In this document: positions 19,196-28,899 of the stretch, one piece after another
Layout: each line of letters starts with the position of its first letter
Position numbering within the stretch: position 1 is the first letter of the stretch
DNA from: an uncultured Methanomicrobiales archaeon
GTDB taxonomy: Archaea > Halobacteriota > Methanomicrobia > Methanomicrobiales > Methanospirillaceae
Direction: 5' to 3'
Length of the DNA stretch: 64,000 nt
Assembly: GCA_963758915.1 (NCBI GenBank)
Contig: CAVWXH010000010.1
Coordinates: forward strand, 129,208 to 193,207
Translations under genes and position numbers: made by a program
Notes under the pieces: model-generated
Database searches by the model: none
Told to the model about the DNA's origin: nothing
What the model saw: only the letters and a program-made list of their open reading frames with translations

Positions 19196-19885
19196 TTAAT
19201 TCACCTTTTCTATTGGAATATACGGAATTAATGTAAGTAATTCCGATTTCAGCGTATCGATACCAATTCGTTCCATGAACCGGGCGGTCCGTTCATGCTT
19301 GTTTGCATGGCTCCGGTAGTATTCTGAAAGACGTTGTGCACAATCCACCGCCTCACTGGCAGTAAGGTCCCACGCAATAAGATCTCCAAAACGTGGTCGT
19401 GTGCCACCGTTACCACCAAAGAATACCATCCAGCCTCTTGTAGTGCCGATGATCCCGATATCCCGGGTATGACTTTCACTGCAACAGCGGGGACAGCCGG
19501 AAACACCGATCTTGATCTTGGCCGGGAAGGACTGGTCTTTGAACTGGTTTTCAATAGTCCTGGCAAGTCCGATTGAGTCTTGTTTCCCGTATTTGCACAT
19601 ATCGGTCCCGATACAGGCATGGACAAACTTGACACATGGAGAGGTCTCTGGTTTTGCGAGCGGGCCAAGGTCAGCAAATACCCTTGAAACATCTTCGGGC
19701 TGAATCCCGGCAAGTAGCACCCTCAGGCCGGATGTGACCTTCAGGACGGGCACATGGTACTTTCGCCCGACTCTGGCAATTGTTTCGAGCTGTTCTGGAG
19801 TTATAATACCGGCAGGTATCCGGGTCGTGACCGCATAGGTCTTCCCGTCCCGCTGAAGAATTGCTCCTTCTGTAGAATTTGTCAT
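19196..19885 (-). CDS. Nitrite/sulfite reductase 4Fe-4S/siroheme-domain protein (NirB C-terminal-like)
   Basis: GAILQRDG, CIGTDMC, KIKIGVSGCPRCC, ERTARF. Confidence 0.85.
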   Translation of the reverse strand: MTNSTEGAILQRDGKTYAVTTRIPAGIITPEQLETIARVGRKYHVPVLKVTSGLRVLLAGIQPEDVSRVFADLGPLAKPETSPCVKFVHACIGTDMCKYGKQDSIGLARTIENQFKDQSFPAKIKIGVSGCPRCCSESHTRDIGIIGTTRGWMVFFGGNGGTRPRFGDLIAWDLTASEAVDCAQRLSEYYRSHANKHERTARFMERIGIDTLKSELLTLIPYIPIEKVN

Positions 19886-19977
19886 TCTTTTTCACGACTC
19901 CGTTGATTTACTCTTTTTCATATCTTTTTCGGGTCATGTTCCTCGCTACACTGATATTCTCCCCTTCCTGTGTTATT

Positions 19978-20757
19978 TCATGTCGCATGTCCGATCATCT
20001 CTGAAAACAACCTGCTTTGAACACAAGTGATAAAAGGCAACGTAATAATGACTGCCATGCGGTTCCCGTCCTGATTGTAGATGAGCATCGATTCCTGGTC
20101 ATCGGCTATGAGGATACACTCAAGTCTGAAGATAGCACCCTCGCGATTGATAGGCACGGAAAATACTTTTTCGAAAATATTCTCCCCGAAAAAGTCCCTG
20201 ACTTGCCCGGCTTCAAAATACCTGATGCTGTCATGTATGAAAACCCCTTCTGCACCACCTTTAGGGAAAAGGATTCTTATCTCCCGGTCATTTGCGATTG
20301 AGAGGATCGGACCCTGGAATTTTTCAAGGGTCTCCGCATCGAAACAGAGAACAATGAGTGAACTGGTAACTCCTTCAACCAGCCTCTCAATGTTCCGCTG
20401 GATAGTCCAGTCACTATGAACGTACCAGATCGGAGAATAATTCTGCCGGGCATCTACCGACAACGCCTCAAGAGCCTTTACACTTTCAAACGCCGCTGTT
20501 TCGAGATCTTTTTTTAAGAAGGCTACAACTATGTCCGGGCGGACTGCCTGGTACATCAGCGGGCTTCCCTGTCGTATCTCAATGAATCCCTTCGCATCAA
20601 GTGCATTAAGGACATCATATACCCGTGGACGTGGGACTCCGCTGACTTCATGGATACTGCGGACATTTGCTTCACCGAGTCCGACAAGGGCCACGTAAAT
20701 TTTTGCCTCGTATTCTTTGAGTCCGAGCTGGACAAGGTTTTCAATTGCTTTATCCAT
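19978..20757 (-). CDS. TrmB-family transcriptional regulator
   Basis: LGLKEYEAKIY, SGVPRPRVYDVL. Confidence 0.9.
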   Translation of the reverse strand: MDKAIENLVQLGLKEYEAKIYVALVGLGEANVRSIHEVSGVPRPRVYDVLNALDAKGFIEIRQGSPLMYQAVRPDIVVAFLKKDLETAAFESVKALEALSVDARQNYSPIWYVHSDWTIQRNIERLVEGVTSSLIVLCFDAETLEKFQGPILSIANDREIRILFPKGGAEGVFIHDSIRYFEAGQVRDFFGENIFEKVFSVPINREGAIFRLECILIADDQESMLIYNQDGNRMAVIITLPFITCVQSRLFSEMIGHAT

Positions 20758-20811
20758 TTGTTACTCTGTAAGGGACAACATAATTAAATAGTTATCTGTC
20801 AAGCATAGTGT

Positions 20812-21247
20812 ATGACACAACTATCCAGCGAACCTGAGAATATCGCAGTTGTCCGCAAATTTTTTGAGGTTGGCCCATCGAAAGGTGACCTTGCCGCAGC
20901 CGACGCAATTCTGGCACCCTGAATTTTCCCTGCATACCCCGTTGCCGACCCCGGGACCCGGGATCGAGGCGATGAATAACGTCATTATCACCTGCCGGGC
21001 TGCATTTCACGATCTTCATGTGACTATTGATGACATTATGGCTGATGGGGATAAGGTTACAGCCCGTTTCACGGCACGTGGCATGCACAAAGGGGAATTT
21101 ATGGGCCTTCCTCCCACGGGAAAGGCAATCGCCATGACTGGCATTGAAATTTTCCGGGTGAAGGACGGGAAGATTACGGAGCTGTGGGGTGAAGCGAATG
21201 TAATGGGACTGATGCAGCAGCTGGGTATTTTACCGGTCCCGGCATAA
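20812..21247 (+). CDS. SnoaL-like ester cyclase family protein (frameshift ~20918)
   Basis: AFHDL...ADGDKV...GMHKGEFMGLPPTGK...DGKITELW. Confidence 0.8.
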
Positions 21248-21274
21248 AGCGGAATAAACGAAGGGTGAAATTTC

Positions 21275-22045
21275 ATGGTTTTTTCACAGATTCCAAAAGC
21301 AATAGGGTTCATCTACGCCCTGGTAATAATTGGGGTTATTGCCTACCTCTGGTATTCCGGACGATGGCGAAAGAAGATCGCCTGGCTGCTTCTTGTTATT
21401 TCAGTTGCCCTGGGTTTTCTCATATTTTCACCGGTATTACCCTGGCAGTTCCAGCAGCTTGTATTAGGTGATGTGCAGGGACTGGGAGGGCCCCTGATTG
21501 TCGGTGTTATCGGGCTCGCTATTTTTTTATTGCTGACCTTCATTTTTGGAAGGTTCATCTGTGGATATATCTGCCCGGTCGGCACCATACAGGAGATCGC
21601 CTCCCATGCACCGGTCCCCAAAGTCAGCCTGCGTCCGAAGAAGATGTTCATGGGAATAAGAGCGGTGTTCTTTGTTCTGTTTCTCGTGATGGCATTCGTA
21701 TTTTCAGCCTCACTGCTGGCCTTGTTTGGCATACAGGATTTCTTTTACCTGTCAGTTACTGCAGGGACACTCGTGTTTATTATCATATTGTTGCTGTCTA
21801 TGACCCTGTATCGCCCGTTTTGCCGCCTTATTTGTCCGTATGGGGTGCTATTATCGCTCGGTGCGTGGAAGTCAGCGTTCAAAATACACCGGTCCAGTGC
21901 ATGTATCGAATGTAAAAAATGTGAAAAAGCATGCCCCACAGATGAAGCAAAACGTGATGATGGAAAAGCGGAATGTTATCTCTGTGGAAGATGCACGGAT
22001 GTCTGTCCGGTTACCGGGGCCCTGGAATATAAGCGTGGATGGTGA
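21275..22045 (+). CDS. Membrane 4Fe-4S binding protein (NapH/MauN-like)
   Basis: GRFICGYICPVG, RPFCRLICPYG, two CxxCxxCxxxCP motifs. Confidence 0.88.
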   Translation: MVFSQIPKAIGFIYALVIIGVIAYLWYSGRWRKKIAWLLLVISVALGFLIFSPVLPWQFQQLVLGDVQGLGGPLIVGVIGLAIFLLLTFIFGRFICGYICPVGTIQEIASHAPVPKVSLRPKKMFMGIRAVFFVLFLVMAFVFSASLLALFGIQDFFYLSVTAGTLVFIIILLLSMTLYRPFCRLICPYGVLLSLGAWKSAFKIHRSSACIECKKCEKACPTDEAKRDDGKAECYLCGRCTDVCPVTGALEYKRGW

Positions 22046-22094
22046 ATGAAGCAAATGAGAGATGAATTAAAAATATTCTCGCATGGAGGATTGC

Positions 22095-22460
22095 ATGGTA
22101 GAATTTAAACTGGAAAACCCGGATAAGCACGACAAAAAACGGGAGGAACTCGGTGCAAAAGTCCTCGATCTCAAAGAACTGGTCTCCTACCAGGACGGGA
22201 CCGTTGCGAGCCGGATGATCGTCAACAACAAGGCCGGGAGTATCACGATCTTTTCATTTGACGAGAACGAGGGACTTTCCGAGCATACAGCACCCTATGA
22301 CGCTGTGGTTACGATCCTTGATGGTGAGTGTGAAGTATGGGTTGCCGGCCAGACCCTCCAGATGAAAGCGGGGCAGACTATTATCTTTCCGGCAAACGCA
22401 CCTCACGCACTCAGTGCCATCACAAAATTCAAGATGACACTGACTATGATCCGGGGGTAA
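22095..22460 (+). CDS. Cupin domain protein
   Basis: LSEHTAPYDA, PANAPHAL. Confidence 0.88.
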   Translation: MVEFKLENPDKHDKKREELGAKVLDLKELVSYQDGTVASRMIVNNKAGSITIFSFDENEGLSEHTAPYDAVVTILDGECEVWVAGQTLQMKAGQTIIFPANAPHALSAITKFKMTLTMIRG

Positions 22461-22464
22461 CCAG

Positions 22465-22728
22465 ATGGGCGGGAATGAGCAGGACGGCTACTATTGCACA
22501 ATCTGTGGAGGTATCCCTCCGGATAAAATTAACATCAGGCAGATTCTTGTTGACGGTAAAGAGACCGGGATCGATAAACTGGATTGGATTATCGCAGAGG
22601 TCAGGAAACTGAACCTTTCCGATGACACAGTTATCACCGAAGAGCTCTTAAAACGAACGAAGGCGCTCAACTACGTTCCCACCAAAAAGACAAATGATTA
22701 CGGCGATGGCATTGCTGATGGAATATAA
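22465..22728 (+). CDS. Conserved hypothetical protein with CxxC (C-terminus probably frameshifted)
   Basis: YYCTICGG...NYVP; operon spacing. Confidence 0.6.
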   Translation: MGGNEQDGYYCTICGGIPPDKINIRQILVDGKETGIDKLDWIIAEVRKLNLSDDTVITEELLKRTKALNYVPTKKTNDYGDGIADGI

Positions 22729-22748
22729 AAAATCCGGGGTTGAAACCG

Positions 22749-22985
22749 GTGCTTGACCATTGTCCCGGTTCTGCGAACCTCAGGACCCCAACACTTTCAA
22801 TAAAAAAGTGCCCGGAATGCGGAGAGGAAATTGAAATTTTCTCAAATGACATCAAGGTGGCATGCAGCAACTGCGGCTTTGTTATCTATAACGATATTGT
22901 ATCGTGTGTCCAGTGGTGCAAGTATGCGAAAGAATGCGTAGGTGAGGAGATGTACCGGAAACTGGTTGAGAAGAAAGAGGGATGA
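22749..22985 (+). CDS. Small Zn-ribbon/Cys-rich protein
   Basis: CPG, CPECG, CSNCG, CVQWCKYAKECVG. Confidence 0.75.
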   Translation: MLDHCPGSANLRTPTLSIKKCPECGEEIEIFSNDIKVACSNCGFVIYNDIVSCVQWCKYAKECVGEEMYRKLVEKKEG

Positions 22986-23099
22986 TGGGAAGCTCCCGTA
23001 TCGGGCATCAGTTCCCTGACCATATTTCAACACCGCCCAATTAATGACCAGACGCTCTGCACAGAAATTTGAATGAGATAAAATGAAACGTGAAAAGCC

Positions 23100-23652
23100 A
23101 TGCCACCCCATTGCGATACGAGAGATGGCCCCGTTGTTAAGGCAGCGATTAAAGCACTCGAAACGGGGAATTTGAATTATGTACCTGATCTGGATCCCGA
23201 AAGAGTCCGAGGAAGAACTCGAAGGGATCTTCGAGAAAACACAGCGGGCCAGAAAATCCGGAAAGGATGCACAGGAAGTTGCCGATGACTGGTTCTTCGA
23301 GAATACCATCCGGCTCCACCGGGCCGGTGAGGGAGCCGCGTATACCGGAATGAAACCCGCTGGCCTCAGCGAAGGTCCAGTTGTGCCGAAAGCAGAGAAC
23401 GCAATTGAGATCGAAGATCCCAAAGAATCGATTGATTTTATCTTAAAGACTGTTGAAGATGATCTGACCCATCGCTTCCATCATGTTATGGCAAAGAAAA
23501 AGTATGACGTGAACGATGTTGCTGCCGGCAGGGAATACATAGAGGCGTTTATCGGCTGGGTCGTCTATTCCCATCATCTCTGGCAGTCGGTGACAACTGC
23601 AGCCGGGCATGGCGAGAAGCATGAGGAGAAAGCCGGGTGCGGTCACCACTGA
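23100..23652 (+). CDS. DUF6448-like protein (frameshift ~23185)
   Basis: HCDTRDGPVV in one frame continues as LIWIP...FFENTIRLHRAGEGAAYTGMKP in another. Confidence 0.75.
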
Positions 23653-23854
23653 TCACTACCTGCCCTCGCTCTTTTTCATAGGGACGCGATGGAGTATCAG
23701 GAAGAATGATGTCTCACATGGATTTCATTGTCAGAATAGTGATTTCTGAACACAACTGTTTTAGGTCATTGGACTCGAAGAAACGGTGAAACACCGGTGA
23801 TTTTTAACAACCAAATTCTCCCCGGTATGCTTTGCCATTATCAGGATTTGCAAT

Positions 23855-24214
23855 TTACAGCACGCAAACCTTGCAGTCCTGTTTACCACAGGGAATATTG
23901 TCAATCTTCCATTTCAACGCCCACTGCTTGATAATCCGGATCACGTCCACAATTTCAAGACCGCTTTCCGTCAGGGTGTATTCTGTCCTTACCGGGAATG
24001 CGGTTGCGTCCACATTCCTGGTGAGAATTCCTTCTTCTTCAAGTTCTTTGAGCCGTTCCGAGAGAATTTTTGGTGTAATACCGTCAAGAGCATCCCGGAG
24101 CTCGGAAAACCTGCGGGTATACCCCTTGCCTTTGTAGAGCTCAAGGATGATCAGCAATGTCCATTTCTTTGTCAGATATTTCACGGTCTGGTTGACCGTG
24201 CACGCATCCTGCAT
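23855..24214 (-). CDS. HxlR-family transcriptional regulator
   Basis: N-terminal Cys, KKWTLLI, RRFSEL, ITPKILSERLKELE, EYTLTESG. Confidence 0.92.
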   Translation of the reverse strand: MQDACTVNQTVKYLTKKWTLLIILELYKGKGYTRRFSELRDALDGITPKILSERLKELEEEGILTRNVDATAFPVRTEYTLTESGLEIVDVIRIIKQWALKWKIDNIPCGKQDCKVCVL

Positions 24215-24302
24215 GATATGTATCTGGATACTCTCGGTTATTTATACCTTGTAAATTTTGATATCTAATATAAAAAAGAAATCAATGGAGTTAGTGAAAC
24301 AC

Positions 24303-24962
24303 ATGACTAAAACAAACATTCCCGAAAAAGGAGCGATTGTCCAGCGCGACATGGAGACGTACCTGATTCATCCCCACATCCCCGGCGGTTTTGTCGAACC
24401 GAAATTGCTGAGGAAGATTGCGGACGTAGCTGAGAAGTATGGGGCGAAATACCTGAAGCTGACCGGGGCGCAGCGGATCGCGATCATCGGCCTGCAGGAA
24501 AAGGACCTTGACAATGTCTGGGCTGAGTTCGATGACCGGAAAAAGGCCATCGGCCTCACTATCCGATCCATCCAGATGTGCCCCGGCACACGGTCGTGCA
24601 AGAAAGCCAAGCAGGACAGCCCGGGCCTCGGATTTGCGTTGGACACTGAATACTACGGGAAGCCGGCACCTGCAAAGTTCAAGATTGGCATCTCGGGTTG
24701 CGACAACTGCTGCGCCGATTCGTGGATGAAGGATCTCGGCTTTTTCGGCACCGAGCAGGGATTCACCGCAGTTGCCGGCGGTAAGGGCGGCGGCACGGCA
24801 CGGGTAGGTCAGGTCATCGCGACCGGCCTGACCGAGGCCCAGGCAATTGCCCTAGCCGACCGGGTGATCACGTTCTACCGTACAAACGGGAAAGGACCGG
24901 AACGCCTGGGTGGCACCATCGACAGGGTCGGGTTCGACACATTTATGAAAGCAGTGAAGTAA
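24303..24962 (+). CDS. Nitrite/sulfite reductase 4Fe-4S/siroheme-domain protein (second)
   Basis: KGAIVQRD, CPGTRSC, KFKIGISGCDNCC; followed by hairpin 24968-24986. Confidence 0.85.
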   Translation: MTKTNIPEKGAIVQRDMETYLIHPHIPGGFVEPKLLRKIADVAEKYGAKYLKLTGAQRIAIIGLQEKDLDNVWAEFDDRKKAIGLTIRSIQMCPGTRSCKKAKQDSPGLGFALDTEYYGKPAPAKFKIGISGCDNCCADSWMKDLGFFGTEQGFTAVAGGKGGGTARVGQVIATGLTEAQAIALADRVITFYRTNGKGPERLGGTIDRVGFDTFMKAVK

Positions 24963-25096
24963 TACGATTGCCGGGTGACCCGGCAACCATATCTGAAAAT
25001 TGTTTGACGATTGGTGAACAGGATTCTATAATAGGAATCCTTTTACTGACAATTTAGCGCAAGTAACCATACTTGTTATTTTTTGAGGAGAATGTG

Positions 25097-25232
25097 TGTC
25101 CATTTCTTTGTCAGATATTTCACGGTCTGGTCAACCATGCACGCATCCTGCACGGTATGTATTTGGAAACTCCCGAGTATTTATAATCAGGTATACAATT
25201 GATATTTTGTATCAAAAAGAAATAATGGAGTT
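25097..25232. repeat. Duplicate of 24158-24292 (hxlR 5' end plus divergent promoter)
   Basis: TGTCCATTTCTTTGTCAGATATTTCACGGTCTGGT identical in both, similarity continues to AATGGAGTT. Confidence 0.9.
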
Positions 25233-25234
25233 CG

Positions 25235-26857
25235 ATGATGTTCTGCTACCAATGCGAAGAGACCGTTAAGGGGACGGGATGTACGGTTAAAGGTGTCTGC
25301 GGTAAGGAAGACGAGATCGCTGCATACCAGGATGTGCTTATCTACGTCTGCAAGGGGATCTCGGTCAGGAACCTTGCGGCAATGGATAAGGGTAAAGGAG
25401 ATCCTACGGTGGGATTGTTCATCGCTGACGCCCTTTTTTCCACGCTGACCAATGTAAATTTTGATAAAGCACGATTCTTTGACATGATTAACCATGCTGT
25501 TGCGCTCAGGGATACCCTCCCGTCAACTGGTAATGCTGAACCGGATGCCTGTACCTGGAAACCGAAAAGTGACAGCGATATCCTGGAGAAGGCAAAAACC
25601 GTAGGGATTCTGGCAACATCCAATGAAGATGTCCGCTCGCTTCGCTCTACCCTGCTCTTCGGGCTTAAGGGTATTGCAGCCTATTACACCCACGCTGCGG
25701 TGCTGGGTAAAACAGATGATTCTATCACAGCATTTCTCCAGAAAGGGCTTACATCCACCCTGAACGATCTGACGGTCCCCGACATGATTGCTCTCGTAAT
25801 GGAATGCGGGGAAAACGGGGTAAAGGTCCTTGCCCTTCTCGATTCAGCCAATACCTCCGCATATGGAAATCCGCAGATCACGAGCGTTAAAACAACAGCA
25901 GGATCACGCCCGGGGATCCTGATCACCGGTCATGACTTAAAAGACCTTGAGATGCTGCTTGAACAGTCAAAAGACGCAGGTGTTGACGTATACACCCATG
26001 GCGAGATGCTTCCGGCACATGCGTATCCTGCGTTCAAAAAATACACTCACCTGTATGGCAATTACGGAAGTTCGTGGTGGCACCAGAAGGAGGAGTTCGA
26101 GCAGTTCAACGGCCCGGTCCTGTTCACGACCAACTGCCTTGTTCCACCGAAGGATACCTACAAGGACCGTGTCTTTACAACCGGACTTGTCGGGTTTTCA
26201 GACACCAAACACATCACCGCGTCCAAAGATGGGAACAAGGACTTCTCATCGATTATTACGTACGCAAAGACCTGCCAGCCACCCAAAGCCCTCCCGGGAA
26301 GCGGGAATGACCTCATCACCGGTTGTGCCCATGGTGCGGTACTTGCGATTGCAGACAAGGTTGTTGCTGCGGTAAAGAGCGGGGATATCAAACGGTTCAT
26401 CGTCATGGCCGGATGCGATGGCAGGCAAAAAGAACGGGAATATTACACGAATTTTGCCCAGGCCCTACCAAAGGATACGGTGATTCTCACAGCAGGGTGC
26501 GCTAAATACCGGTACAACTCTCTCAATCTCGGTACTATTGGCGGGATTCCAAGAGTACTAGATGCAGGCCAGTGCAATGACTGCTACTCCCTGGTCGTGA
26601 TTGCACAGGCTCTTGCCAAGGCATTCGGTGTCGGTATCAACGAGCTGCCGGTCTCGTACAATATCGCGTGGTACGAACAGAAGGCGGTCCTGGTCCTGCT
26701 TTCATTGTTGTCACTCGGCGTAAAAGATATCACGCTTGGTCCAAAACTTCCGGCGTTTGTCTCCCCCACGGTGCTCGATGTGCTCGTGAAAAATTTCGAT
26801 CTCAAACCCAACACGACTGTCGAGGCAGACCTTGCCCGGATGGTACCAGCCAAGTAA
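25235..26857 (+). CDS. hcp: Hybrid cluster protein (hydroxylamine/NO reductase)
   Basis: MFCYQCEET...[42 protein letters not shown]. Confidence 0.97.
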   Translation: MMFCYQCEETVKGTGCTVKGVCGKEDEIAAYQDVLIYVCKGISVRNLAAMDKGKGDPTVGLFIADALFSTLTNVNFDKARFFDMINHAVALRDTLPSTGNAEPDACTWKPKSDSDILEKAKTVGILATSNEDVRSLRSTLLFGLKGIAAYYTHAAVLGKTDDSITAFLQKGLTSTLNDLTVPDMIALVMECGENGVKVLALLDSANTSAYGNPQITSVKTTAGSRPGILITGHDLKDLEMLLEQSKDAGVDVYTHGEMLPAHAYPAFKKYTHLYGNYGSSWWHQKEEFEQFNGPVLFTTNCLVPPKDTYKDRVFTTGLVGFSDTKHITASKDGNKDFSSIITYAKTCQPPKALPGSGNDLITGCAHGAVLAIADKVVAAVKSGDIKRFIVMAGCDGRQKEREYYTNFAQALPKDTVILTAGCAKYRYNSLNLGTIGGIPRVLDAGQCNDCYSLVVIAQALAKAFGVGINELPVSYNIAWYEQKAVLVLLSLLSLGVKDITLGPKLPAFVSPTVLDVLVKNFDLKPNTTVEADLARMVPAK

Positions 26858-26893
26858 ATTAAAACGAATGGTCCTCATACTAAAGGAAGAGCA

Positions 26894-27529
26894 ATGAACG
26901 GTAAACAGATCGCAGGTGAATGCTCAGCACTCCGGTCAAAGAAGACCAAAGGTGAGCTTGGCGAAGCCATTGCGGCCATCGTCCTGCAGTATTCACCCCG
27001 CGACCTTCAGCAGATGCAATGGAATTTTTCGGGTGCAGTCCAGGACTATAACCCTGAATACCGGAAAAGACTGGAGGAGGCCACCACCGGTCACCTTAAC
27101 GGGACGTACCAGGCACTCCGGCGAATGCATGAGTTGAAGAATTTTAGTACGATGAGGGAACACCTTGCAACGGATGCCGGCGATTACTGGAAGATGGTCT
27201 CGGTGCAGTGTTCATCAGGAGAGGAGGAACAGGTCCGGCTGAGGTTCTTAAAACTCCTGCTTGCAGGCTTCTGCATGTTTGTGCAGGGACTTCCCGGCCA
27301 CCCGGTAGGGATGCCGTTTCCCGGGGGGAACACGGTTGAGCTCATAGACGGGGTGTATTACTGCCCGGTCCGGGAGAAGGCAAACGATGTCGATTCCGCC
27401 CTCTGCCCGTTCTGCCCGGCCCTGCAGACCCTGGAGATCGGGTATCTCAAACCGCCGGTGAATGCAAGCAAGCACCGGAAGCAGGAGTTTATCAATAACT
27501 GCTACGACCACCATAATTTCAACGGGTAA
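26894..27529 (+). CDS. DUF2115/UPF0305 methanogen protein
   Basis: PGHPVGMPFPGG...YYCPVREK...LCPFCPA. Confidence 0.8.
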   Translation: MNGKQIAGECSALRSKKTKGELGEAIAAIVLQYSPRDLQQMQWNFSGAVQDYNPEYRKRLEEATTGHLNGTYQALRRMHELKNFSTMREHLATDAGDYWKMVSVQCSSGEEEQVRLRFLKLLLAGFCMFVQGLPGHPVGMPFPGGNTVELIDGVYYCPVREKANDVDSALCPFCPALQTLEIGYLKPPVNASKHRKQEFINNCYDHHNFNG

Positions 27530-27625
27530 CATGTTCCGCTTTTTTTCTTATTTTTCCCTGGCTGGGCACCGAAATAATTGCAGCAAATTGATATTGGGAT
27601 TATCGGGCCAGATTTATGATAATCA

Positions 27626-27667
27626 TCCTGCCCACGGCTCCATGATTTCGCCTGGCGAAATTCTTTC
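27626..27667. repeat. 42-bp direct repeat copy 1 with palindromic core
   Basis: 39/42 identical to 28431-28472; core ATTTCGCC-T-GGCGAAAT. Confidence 0.9.
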
Positions 27668-27824
27668 TCTTGACAGGAATGTGAGCGATAGAAGACCGGA
27701 ACGGGATGAAGTGGAGCGAGGACACGAGGGAGCGAACTTGAAGCCGGACTGATATATCCACTCACTTTCATCCCGCACGCCCCTTGCACTTATCAACCTG
27801 AACCGGTAACCCATAGCACCTATC

Positions 27825-28424
27825 ATGGATCTTGAATGGCCAGGCGATATCTGCATCCCGGAACGGACAATAACCGTAATCATTGGCCCCTCCAGTATCC
27901 TCGAAGCGGGACTTAACAGTTGTAGCGGCACAATGCGACGTTATCCATTCCTCTATGTTTGCAGCAATTATTCCGGCGTACTCCCGAACCTGCACAGGAC
28001 ATCGTTTGAGTTTTCTGTCCGACGAGGATTCACATCCGACCAGATGGCCACAATCATCAACGAATGTGATGCAACCTACCTCATTATCGAGCACGACCCT
28101 TCGCTCTATGAAGCTGATACGAAATTGATTCCGAGTGTCATTAACCGGTTGAAAACGTTTGCCCGTAACGAAGGCACGGTGGTTGTGTATTCCCGGTATC
28201 TCGACAGATTTATGCGATCTCTTCTCCGGGCATCAGGCAGGGCATATCTCTATGCAGACTGGGCAAATGTAATCAGAAATAGCCAGTTAAGGAAACAGCA
28301 AAAAAATGGGTCGGCCAAGAGAATTGTATCCAGGCAGGTCCGACTTGATCAGGTTAGTAGACCCGAAGTATCACAGAGGGATCTTGAGAGTGGACTAGCC
28401 GACCTCGTAGTAACAGATGAATGA
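27825..28424 (+). CDS. Hypothetical protein, possibly inactive RadA/RecA-like (PolB2-operon type)
   Basis: LYVCSNYS, VRRGFTSDQ, LIIEHDPSLYE resemble a recalled methanogen family; no Walker A. Confidence 0.5.
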   Translation: MDLEWPGDICIPERTITVIIGPSSILEAGLNSCSGTMRRYPFLYVCSNYSGVLPNLHRTSFEFSVRRGFTSDQMATIINECDATYLIIEHDPSLYEADTKLIPSVINRLKTFARNEGTVVVYSRYLDRFMRSLLRASGRAYLYADWANVIRNSQLRKQQKNGSAKRIVSRQVRLDQVSRPEVSQRDLESGLADLVVTDE

Positions 28425-28430
28425 TGGTCC

Positions 28431-28472
28431 TCCTGCCCTCCGCTCCATGATTTCGCCGGGCGAAATTCTTTC
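28431..28472. repeat. 42-bp direct repeat copy 2
   Basis: Core ATTTCGCC-G-GGCGAAAT; starts 7 nt after the ORF stop. Confidence 0.9.
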
Positions 28473-28599
28473 GCGAAGCCGAAAGGGAGCGGACAGGAGG
28501 CACCGGTGGTGTGGCCCCGCCCTTTAGGCTTGGTAGGGCGGGGAGTTGGGGGTGGGTCGGTCGCAGGGGCGAAGGGCTTCCTGAATAAAAGGGCGACAG

Positions 28600-28677
28600 C
28601 TCCCGTACATTTGGATAGAAGCTCCGTACATTTGATGGATAGACTCCGTACATTAGGATGAGAACTCCGAACGTTTG
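28600..28677. repeat. Four iteron-like tandem repeats, 21-22 bp period
   Basis: CCG(T/A)AC(A/G)TT cores at 28603, 28624, 28646, 28667. Confidence 0.8.
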
Positions 28678-28899
28678 AGAAAACCCAGAGCAGTCCGATA
28701 GTATATTCGGGTCTAATGAGGAATCAACCGTATAAGGCCCAGATTACTTCCAGATTTACTTATACAACCAAACCCATTCTAAATATACTAATAGCATACA
28801 TACAGCGCTTTTTCGTAAATGCGTAAACTACAGTTAACTTAAGAACGCGGTTATATTGTAGATAAACCAACAGTATATCTGAAAGAGTTGTGGTGAATT

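Noticed and set aside
28600-28677. Possible CRISPR mini-array
   Set aside because: Period of 21-22 bp leaves no room for spacers; no cas genes in the window
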